This document shows positions 1 to 6,400 of a DNA stretch of 7,690 bases, in pieces. Positions within the stretch are counted from its first letter, which is position 1, and every line of letters starts with the position of its first letter. Location: assembly GCA_964595665.1 (NCBI GenBank), contig CAZQQS010000023.1, positions 1 to 7,690 on the forward strand, given 5' to 3'. The notes under the pieces are model-generated. The model ran no database searches, was not told the DNA's origin, and was given only the letters and a program-made list of their open reading frames with translations. Position numbers and translations under genes: made by a program. Source of the DNA: an uncultured archaeon (GTDB lineage: Archaea > Iainarchaeota > Iainarchaeia > Iainarchaeales > 0-14-0-20-30-16).

Positions 1-33
1 TAAAGAAAAGACCTTTACATAATTAGAAAGTTA

Positions 34-42
34 TTTTTATAT
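34..42 (+). promoter_or_regulatory. Candidate archaeal TATA box (TTTTTATAT) with a purine-rich BRE-like AGAAAG (25-30) immediately upstream. It would place the transcription start at or within a few nt of the ATG at 61, giving a leaderless mRNA.
   Basis: This is a TATA-like A/T octamer about 20-27 nt upstream of the ATG at 61. There is no GGTGA-like Shine-Dalgarno in the 20 nt before this start, unlike every other gene in the window. An in-frame TAA at 52-54 excludes a longer ORF. Confidence 0.3.
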
Positions 43-60
43 CTTTGCTATTAATTATAT

Positions 61-654
61 ATGGATAAATATTCTAAAGTGCATTTATTAGTACATCCTT
101 TTTTCTATCCTTATTTTGTTGTTAATTGGGATAATAATTCAAGATTTGAATATAATAAGGTAATGAAAATATTATTAGGAGTATATGGTAAAGAAATATT
201 AAGAATTGCCAAAGATCCTAATGCTTGCTTAGTTATTGTTAATCCATATTATGATAAATTATCCCATGTAAATGTTTACAACCCTTTTTATGAAAGATAT
301 TTAAGTCCATTTTTAGAATTTGCAAAAAGAATTTTAGGAAATAGATTATATATTACTGATTATGATCCTGGTTTTAAAGAATCAAAACCAATTATGCAAA
401 AAGAATTTGAAAAGCGTTTAGAAAAAGATGTAACTGTTGAAGCATTTGGAGAATATTATGATGAATGTGTTACACAATGGTCAAAAGAATTTGTAAAACA
501 ATTAAAAGATTTGAGAATTAATGTAAATTTAAATATAGATTTATCTAGAAGTTTACCATATCATGAAAATGATCCTATATTGGGTAAAAAAGATAGCTTG
601 TGGTTTAGATTGAAAAAAAAGAAACCTAAAATTAATAAACCAAAATTAAAGTGA
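61..654 (+). CDS. Hypothetical protein, 197 aa. It has a predicted alpha/beta (Rossmann-like) core and a Lys/Pro-rich basic C-terminal tail (RLKKKKPKINKPKLK). No family is confidently recognised.
   Basis: This is a long ORF in an AT-rich genome where random ORFs are short. Hydrophobic strands (HLLVHP, CLVIVNP, LYITDY, VTVEAFG) alternate with amphipathic helices. The motif G-E-Y-Y-D-E-C-V weakly recalls the G-x-x-T-x-x-C-V catalytic-Cys strand of isochorismatase-like cysteine hydrolases, but I cannot place the Asp/Lys partners. It is tightly coupled to the next gene (4-nt gap). Confidence 0.7.
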   Translation: MDKYSKVHLLVHPFFYPYFVVNWDNNSRFEYNKVMKILLGVYGKEILRIAKDPNACLVIVNPYYDKLSHVNVYNPFYERYLSPFLEFAKRILGNRLYITDYDPGFKESKPIMQKEFEKRLEKDVTVEAFGEYYDECVTQWSKEFVKQLKDLRINVNLNIDLSRSLPYHENDPILGKKDSLWFRLKKKKPKINKPKLK

Positions 655-658
655 TGTT

Positions 659-1375
659 ATGGATAATATAATTGGTGTTCCAACGGGTAAGAAGTTAGAC
701 GAATTAATGCAAAAAGGAAATTATAGCATAAAGAAATACTATGGTAGATTTAATATTCAAGGATTAGAATTAACAATGGCGCATAAGGAAAGAACCTATG
801 AGTTGAAATTAAGTAAAGAGGATGTAGCTTGGATTAAGGATTTGGATTATGTTTCTATTCATGGCCCATTTTATATTAATAAGGATTCCAAAAAGGAACA
901 AGTAAAACAATTAGATGCATTATATGGCTTATATGACAAATTAAATGCGAAAAACATGTTATTTCATGTGCATGAATGTCCTTTTGATTTATTAGACAAT
1001 TATTCTTGGAATATAATTTTAGAAAATATGCCCAAAAAAGAAAAAGTAGATAATAAAAAAGCAACAAATATATTTGTAAAAAGTAAATACGGATTTTGTT
1101 TAGACACCACACATGCATATACGCATTCTAAAGATGAAATTGAGAGGTTATATAATTTATTAGCACCGAAACTAAAACAAATGCATTTTAGTTCGGCATT
1201 TAGGCAAAAAGAACATAGAAAATTATCTACTGCTACAAAATCTTTTATGAATTCTGTAAAACCAGTTTTAAAATCAAATGTGCCTTTAATATTAGAAATA
1301 AACAAAATAAATTGGGATGATAAAAAAGAAGTTAATAATGAAATTAAATTTGTTAAAGAATTGTTTAATAAATAG
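659..1375 (+). CDS. Compact xylose-isomerase-like TIM-barrel protein of the AP endonuclease family 2 (endonuclease IV-like), 238 aa.
   Basis: By-eye alignment to E. coli Nfo gives these matches, in the same order as the Nfo metal ligands:
- VSIHGPFYIN vs ILPHDSYLIN (H69)
- MLFHVHE vs LLNFHPGSH (H109)
- IILENMP vs AVIENTAG (E145)
- GFCLDTTHAY vs GVCIDTCHAF (D179/H182)
- LKQMHFSSA vs LRGMHLNDA (H216)
- QKEHRKLS vs RVDRHHSLG (H231)
- VPLILEINK vs IPLILETIN (E261)

The order is conserved and every inter-motif spacing is shorter. The superfamily also contains sugar isomerases/epimerases, so the nuclease function is not certain. Confidence 0.6.
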   Translation: MDNIIGVPTGKKLDELMQKGNYSIKKYYGRFNIQGLELTMAHKERTYELKLSKEDVAWIKDLDYVSIHGPFYINKDSKKEQVKQLDALYGLYDKLNAKNMLFHVHECPFDLLDNYSWNIILENMPKKEKVDNKKATNIFVKSKYGFCLDTTHAYTHSKDEIERLYNLLAPKLKQMHFSSAFRQKEHRKLSTATKSFMNSVKPVLKSNVPLILEINKINWDDKKEVNNEIKFVKELFNK

Positions 1376-1409
1376 TTTATTTATTTAATAGAAATAAAAA
1401 AATAAAAAG

Positions 1410-1435
1410 GAATTGGATATTTAGATATCCAATTC
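1410..1435. terminator. Perfect 11-bp inverted repeat (GAATTGGATAT / ATATCCAATTC) with a 4-nt loop, flanked by T-tracts on both strands. It is a candidate bidirectional terminator for the convergent ORF2 (+) and gyrB (-).
   Basis: Arms 1410-1420 and 1425-1435 are exact reverse complements. The loop 1421-1424 contains the gyrB stop codon (TAA on the minus strand, 1421-1423). On the minus strand the hairpin is followed by CTTTTTATTTTTTTATTTC (1391-1409). On the plus strand it is followed by TTTAACTGTTTTTGCGTTTTC (1436-1456). Confidence 0.6.
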
Positions 1436-3331
1436 TTTAACTGTTTTTGCGTTTTCTACTATGAATGCTTTTCTAGGTTCTACTTTATCACCCATCAAAA
1501 TTGAAAATAATCTATCAGCTTCAATAGTATCTTGTATTTCAATTCTTTTTAATGTTCTTGAATCTGGGTCCATTGTAGTTTCCCATAATTGATCTGCATT
1601 CATTTCTCCCAATCCTTTATATCTTTGAACATGGATTTTATCTACATCTACATTCTGATCTTTTAATTCTTTCATATAGGTATCCAATTCTTTATCTGTG
1701 AAACAATAAATGTTTCTTTTTGTTATTGGATTTGTGAATTTAAACAAAGGTGGTAATGCAATATAAATATAACCTTGTTCAATTAAAGGTTTCAAATATC
1801 TGTAGAAAAATGTTAATAACAAAGTTTGAATGTGGGAACCATCTACATCGGCATCTGTCATAATAATTATTTTGTGATATCTTAATTTTGAAGGATCAAA
1901 ATTTTCACCAAAATTTGTTCCAATTGCAGTAATTAAATTCTTTATTTCCTCACTACTTAACATCTTTTCTAAAGTTGCTTTTTCAACATTTAAAATCTTA
2001 CCTCTTAATGGTAAAATTGCTTGATAATCTCTATTTCTACCTTGTTTTCCAGATCCTCCGGCAGAATCTCCCTCAACAATAAAAATTTCACATTTTGATG
2101 CATCTTTTGATGAGCAATCAGCTAATTTTCCTGGCAAAGAAGTAAATTCTAAAGCGGATTTTCTTCTAACTAATTCACGAGCTTTTCGAGCAGCTTCTCT
2201 TGCTTTTGCAGCTTGCATTACTTTTTCAAAAACTAATTTTGAAAAAGAAACATTTTCTTCTAAATGTTTTGATAATTGACTATTAATAAAATCTGCAACA
2301 ATTGCTGAAAAAGTTGAGTTTCCTAATTTTGCTTTTGTTTGTCCTTCAAATTCTGGATTTGGAATTTTCATTGAAATAATTGAAACTAAACCTTCTCTTA
2401 CATCTTCAGATTTATATTCTTCTTTTATTTTATTTTTTTCAGTATATTCTTCAAAAGATTTTACAACTCCTCTTTTAAAACCAATTTCGTGAGTTCCACC
2501 ATCTATTGTATGAATATTATTTACAAATGAAATTAATCTTTCACTATATCCTGTTGTCCAAGCCATAGCAATATTTATTGAAACTATCCCATCTTTTGTT
2601 TCAATATTTTTTTGGAAATTTAATTTGTCTCCTAAAACATTATCTCCTTCAGTAATATAATTTAAGAAATCGTATAATCCATTTTCAAAATAAAATTCTT
2701 CTTTAGTATCTACAATTTTATTTTTTAAAATTAATCTAACTCCAGAATTTAAAAAACATTGTTCTCTTAGTCTTTCTTTTATATTTTCAAAATCAAATTC
2801 TGTTGTTTCAAAAATTAACGCATCTGGTTTAAATAAAATTTCTGTACCTTTTTCATTAGTATCTCCAATAATTTCTAATTTTCCTATTGGGTCGCCTCTT
2901 TCAAATCTTTGATAATATTTTTTACCATTTTTATAAACCCAAATTTCTAAAAATTCAGATAATGCATTTACTACTGAAACACCAACACCGTGTAATCCTC
3001 CTGAAACTTTATAAGAATTTTTATCAAATTTTCCCCCGGCGTGTAATTCACATAGAACAGTTTCTAATGCACTTTTTCCAGTATCTTTATGAATGTCTAC
3101 TGGAATACCTCTACCATTATCTTTTACTCTTATTAAATCTTTATCTTCAAAAGTAACTTCAATAGTATCACAATAACCACCTAAAGCTTCATCAAATGAG
3201 TTATCTACCACTTCATAAATTAAGTGATTTAGACCTTTTTGCCCAGTTGAACCAATATACATTCCAGGTCTAACTCTTACTGCTTCTAAACCTTTTAAAA
3301 CTTTAATATTACTTGCATTGTATTCACTCAT
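1421..3331 (-). CDS. gyrB: DNA gyrase subunit B (type IIA topoisomerase ATPase/Toprim subunit), 636 aa. It is the short form, without the large insertion found in E. coli GyrB.
   Basis: Near-canonical GyrB motifs are present throughout:
- N-terminal [19 protein letters not shown]
- GHKL ATPase motifs [16 protein letters not shown] and [15 protein letters not shown]
- QTKAKLGN
- Toprim [20 protein letters not shown] and [12 protein letters not shown]
- C-terminal RYKGLGEMN...LWETTMDP. Confidence 0.97.
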
Positions 3332-5801
3332 TTAAATCACCTTCATCTTTACAAGATTCAGAAATTGTATCAACATCACTTACAAAATCTTTTTCATTTA
3401 ATTTTATAATTCTTACACCTTTAGTATTTCTACTTAATTCTGGTAATTGATCTAAAGAAACTCTAATTGCTGAACCTAATTTAGTAATAACAACAATTTC
3501 TTTAGCATCTTTTATTACTAAAGTTTTTACAATTTCTCCAGCATTTTTTATATTCATTGCAATTGTTCCTTTTGCACCTCTATTAGTTTCTCTAAATTCA
3601 CTTGCAGCAGTTATTTTACCATAACCTAATTTTGAAATGAACAATAATTTATCTTCATCTTTTACAACATTTACAGAAATTATTTCTGAACCAGATAAAT
3701 TCATTGCTTTTACTCCTGCAGCAGTTCGACCCATAGCTCTAACTAAATTTGGATTGAATAAAACTGCTTTACCTGCTCTACTTGTAATAAATACTTTTGT
3801 ATTATCTTCAACTAATTTTACATTTACTAAATCGTCGTTATCATTTAATGTAATAACTCTTAAACCATTAGCTCTAATTTTTTTAATTAAATCAAATGGC
3901 ATTTTTTTAATTTTTCCGTTTTTAGTAACTAAAATTACTTTGTATTTATCACTGTTTTCAACAACCTCTACATTTATCCCAATTAAATTATTTATTTCTT
4001 CATTTTCTTCTAATTTCAAAACATTAGCTAAATGTCTTCCTTTTGAAGTTCGAGATGCTTCTGGAATTGTATAACAATCCATAGTGTATAATCGTCCTAA
4101 AGTTGTAAACAAATAAATTATATCGTGAGTATTTGCAATTGTAAAATCTTTAATTGCATCATCATCTAATTTAGAAGCTTTTACACCTTTTCCAGCTCTA
4201 TTTTGTGTGTGATATTCTTCTAAACTCATTCTTTTTAAGTAGCCATTATTTGTTAAAATAATTGCTTCTTTTTTGTTCTCAATGAATTCTCTCATATCAA
4301 CATTTTTTGTTGTTTTTTCATTACTAACTAAAGTTTTTCTTGCGTCACCATATTTATTTTTTATTTCAATTATTTCATTTTTAATTAACTCTTTTAATTT
4401 TTCAGGACTTTCTAAAATTGATTTATATTTTTCAATTATTTTTTTAGTTTCTTCATATTCTTTTTTTAAGTTTTCAATTTCTAATCCAGTTAATTTTTGC
4501 AATTTCATATCTAAAATTGCTTGACTTTGTAATTCATCTAAATTAAATTTTTCACATAATCTATCTTTTGCAATTTTTGGATCTGCAGAACCTTTAATAA
4601 TTTCAATTGCTAAATCTATGTTGCTAATTGCAATCATTAATCCTTTTAAAATATGTAGTTTTTTTTGCAATTTATCAATATCAAAGATTAACCAATTTTT
4701 AGTAACTTCCATTCTGTGTTCTAAGTAGGCGTGTAAAATTTCTTTTAAAGACATTTGTTTTGGTTGACCTTTATCTAATACTAAAAAATTTGCAGGAAAA
4801 CTTGTTTCTAATTCTGTGTGTTTTAAAATATTATTTACAATAAATTCGGGCTCAGTATTATTAGATAATTCTAAAACAATTCTTATTCCTTGTTTGTTAG
4901 ATTCATCTCTTAAATCTGTAACTCCTTTTATAACTCCATCACTTACTAATTTTGCAATTTGTGTAATTACATTATTTTTATTTACTTTGTATGGTATTTC
5001 TGTAAATACTACTTTTGGTTTTCCTTTTTCTGTTTTTTCTAAAGTATAACTTGCTCTAACATAAATTGAACCTCTACCAGTTTCATAAATGTTTTTCATA
5101 TCATATTGATTTAAAATTGTACAACCTGTTGGAAAATCTGGACCTTTAACAAATTCTAATAAATCTGCAACTTCAGATTCTGGTTTATCTAATAATAATA
5201 ATAGAGCATCACTTATTTCTGTTAAATTATGTGTTGGAATATTTGTTGCCATTCCAACAGCAATTCCTGAAACACCATTAATAATTAAATTAGGGATTTT
5301 GCTTGGTAAAACTGTAGGTTCCTTTAATGTATTATCATAATTGGGAACAAATTCTACTGTATTTTTTTCTATATCAACTAATAACTCTTCTGCGATTTTA
5401 TCTAATTTTGCCTCAGTGTATCGTTGAGCAGCAGCATTATCTCCATCAATAGACCCAAAGTTTCCTTGACCTTTAATCAAAGGGTATCTTAATGAAAAGT
5501 CTTGTGCCATTCTAACTAATGCTTCATAAACTGCTGAATCACCATGTGGATGATACTTACCCATTGCTTCACCAACAATTCTAGCACATTTCTTACTAGG
5601 TTTATTGGCCCATAGGCTTAATTCCATCATAGAGTACAAAATTCTTCTTTGTACAGGCTTTAATCCATCTCTTACATCTGGTAAAGCTCTTCCGCTTATA
5701 ACAGACATTGCATAAGCCAAATAAGATGTTTTCATTTCTTTAGATATGCTTGTTTGTAAAACAGTGCCTACATTACCTTCAGTTACATTTTCATCAGTCA
5801 A
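3324..5801 (-). CDS. gyrA: DNA gyrase subunit A, 825 aa, with a TTG start codon.
   Basis: - Conserved N-terminus: [32 protein letters not shown]
- QRDR: [17 protein letters not shown]
- Catalytic Tyr in [11 protein letters not shown] (Tyr128, 5418-5420)
- A GyrA-box-like QNRAGKG (4185-4205) at the start of a C-terminal beta-pinwheel-length domain

The codon at 5799-5801 is TTG. It is preceded by GAGGGGAT plus a 3-nt spacer. The next in-frame ATG (Met23) would delete conserved N-terminal residues. Confidence 0.95.
3336..3343 (-). promoter_or_regulatory. Shine-Dalgarno for gyrB (AAGGTGAT, 4 nt before the ATG), embedded in the last codons of gyrA.
   Basis: The minus strand reads GAT GAA GGT GAT TTA AAT GAG TGA (gyrA ...DEGDLNE*), with the gyrB ATG inside AATGAG. 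AGGTGAT is complementary to the conserved 3' end of 16S rRNA. Confidence 0.6.
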
Positions 5802-5804
5802 TTT

Positions 5805-5812
5805 ATCCCCTC
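5805..5812 (-). promoter_or_regulatory. Shine-Dalgarno-like GAGGGGAT, 3 nt upstream of the gyrA TTG start.
   Basis: The minus strand reads ATGCAGAGGGGATAAATTGACTGAT. There is one mismatch to the GAGGTGAT seen before mbf1, with identical spacing. Confidence 0.5.
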
Positions 5813-5852
5813 TGCATTAATAAAATAAGTATTTTTTAGAGTCAATTCTCCC

Positions 5853-5890
5853 TATATATATTATATTATAATATATATAAATATAATATA
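5853..5890 (-). promoter_or_regulatory. A 38-nt pure A/T, largely alternating TA tract containing multiple overlapping TATA-box candidates and a 14-bp perfect palindrome (TATATTATAATATA, 5862-5875). This is the probable gyrA-gyrB promoter region.
   Basis: It lies 52-90 nt upstream of the gyrA start, between the speH terminator signals and the gyrA RBS. No G or C occurs from 5853 to 5891. Confidence 0.4.
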
Positions 5891-5920
5891 AGAAAGAGTT
5901 TATAAATGTTAGGTTGGGAG

Positions 5921-5969
5921 TTTGTTAAAAATAATAAAATAGAAAATCTAAGGCCTTAAATTGGCCTTA
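5921..5969 (-). terminator. speH terminator candidate: a 7-bp GC-containing hairpin (TAAGGCC / GGCCTTA, 7-nt loop) followed on the minus strand by T-tracts.
   Basis: Arms 5949-5955 and 5963-5969 are exact reverse complements. The loop 5956-5962 contains the speH stop codon (TAA, 5956-5958). Downstream, the minus strand reads GATTTTCTATTTTATTATTTTTAAC (5921-5948). Confidence 0.55.
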
Positions 5970-6324
5970 TATTCATTCCTTCTTTGAAGCCTCGAGTTAT
6001 TTCTAAAATATTTGTTTTTTTAGGCTCGAAGCATTTGATTAAATGCTTAACTGCATCATAGGGGTTTGTATTGCCACAGGTATAAATGTCTACTGCGCAA
6101 TATCCATGTTCAGGAAATGTATGGATACTTAAGTGAGATTCGGAAATTGTAATAACTACACTTACTCCTTGAGGGCTAAATTTGTGTCCAAAATTGTTTA
6201 ATTCAGTGCCTTTACTTTTTTTAACAGCCAAAGACATTTGTTTTTTTATATTTTTTAAATCATTTAACTTATTTGCTTTAATTTCCCACATTTCAGCAAT
6301 ATAGTGTTTACTAGCAGTTTCCAA
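5956..6324 (-). CDS. speH: Pyruvoyl-dependent S-adenosylmethionine decarboxylase proenzyme (SpeH / class 1 AdoMetDC family), 122 aa, with a TTG start. The family also contains arginine decarboxylase paralogues.
   Basis: The family signature is VVITISESHLSIHTFPEHGYCAVDIYTCG. The self-cleavage site Glu62|Ser63 (Ser codon 6136-6138) is at the same position I recall for Thermotoga SpeH. The size of about 120 aa is typical. The codon at 6322-6324 is TTG, preceded by a perfect GGAGGTGA. Confidence 0.85.
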   Translation of the reverse strand: METASKHYIAEMWEIKANKLNDLKNIKKQMSLAVKKSKGTELNNFGHKFSPQGVSVVITISESHLSIHTFPEHGYCAVDIYTCGNTNPYDAVKHLIKCFEPKKTNILEITRGFKEGMNIRPI

Positions 6325-6330
6325 TACTTC

Positions 6331-6338
6331 TCACCTCC
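6331..6338 (-). promoter_or_regulatory. Shine-Dalgarno GGAGGTGA for speH, with a 6-nt spacer to the TTG.
   Basis: The minus strand reads TTTTCGGAGGTGAGAAGTATTGGAAACT. This is an 8/8 match to the anti-SD complement. Confidence 0.7.
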
Positions 6339-6360
6339 GAAAATACACTTGGAAAAAAAG

Positions 6361-6375
6361 TTGAATAAAATTCAA
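6361..6375. repeat. A 15-bp palindrome, TTGAAT-AAA-ATTCAA, in the speH/mbf1 divergent intergenic region. It is a possible operator or part of the speH promoter.
   Basis: The 6-bp arms are exact, with a 3-nt spacer. It sits about 25-40 nt upstream of the speH SD on the minus strand, overlapping a weak TATA-like AAATTAATATT. Confidence 0.3.
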
Positions 6376-6400
6376 TATTAATTTCTAATACATAATGTTT

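Noticed and set aside
613-620. An A8 homopolymer near the 3' end of ORF1 (and another at about 7384-7391), considered as programmed frameshift or phase-variation sites.
   Set aside because: Both simply encode Lys runs (KKKK) in basic segments. No alternative-frame ORF of meaningful length continues from them. A-runs are expected at this base composition.
654-656. An alternative ATG overlapping the ORF1 stop codon (TGATG), considered as the ORF2 start.
   Set aside because: It is in a different reading frame from the 659-1375 ORF and does not open a long frame. The ATG at 659 has the GTGAT-NTT spacing seen at other junctions.
876-1305. Two antisense ORFs from the track (876-1118 and 1000-1305, minus strand) inside the TIM-barrel gene.
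   Set aside because: Their translations are low-complexity and Phe/Leu/Ile/Tyr-rich, which is typical of shadow frames opposite a real gene in AT-rich DNA. They have no SD and no recognisable motifs. The sense-strand ORF has ordered family motifs.
2887-5049. Plus-strand ORFs from the track inside gyrB/gyrA (2887-3156, 3637-4074, 4273-4524, 4816-5049).
   Set aside because: They lie antisense to unambiguous gyrase coding sequence. Their products are Leu/Phe/Ser/Ile-rich and low-complexity, with no start context. They are artefacts of stop-codon depletion on the complement of AT-rich codons.
5803-5817. A four-codon mini-ORF (ATG CAG AGG GGA TAA, minus strand) overlapping the gyrA SD, considered as a possible regulatory uORF.
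   Set aside because: The G-rich codons are simply the SD itself. There is no independent RBS for the ATG. At four codons it is indistinguishable from chance, so I mention it only as context.
5802-5955. The TA-rich spacer next to the gyrase genes, considered as a replication origin / DNA unwinding element.
   Set aside because: There are no repeated ORB-like or DnaA-box-like elements flanking it, and no orc1/cdc6 gene in the window. A promoter explanation is sufficient.
5906-5959. A 17-codon plus-strand ORF (MLGWEFVKNNKIENLRP*) in the speH-gyrA spacer, overlapping the speH terminator hairpin.
   Set aside because: It has no SD-like motif upstream. It is short enough to arise by chance and overlaps terminator T-tracts of the opposite strand. 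Nothing supports translation.
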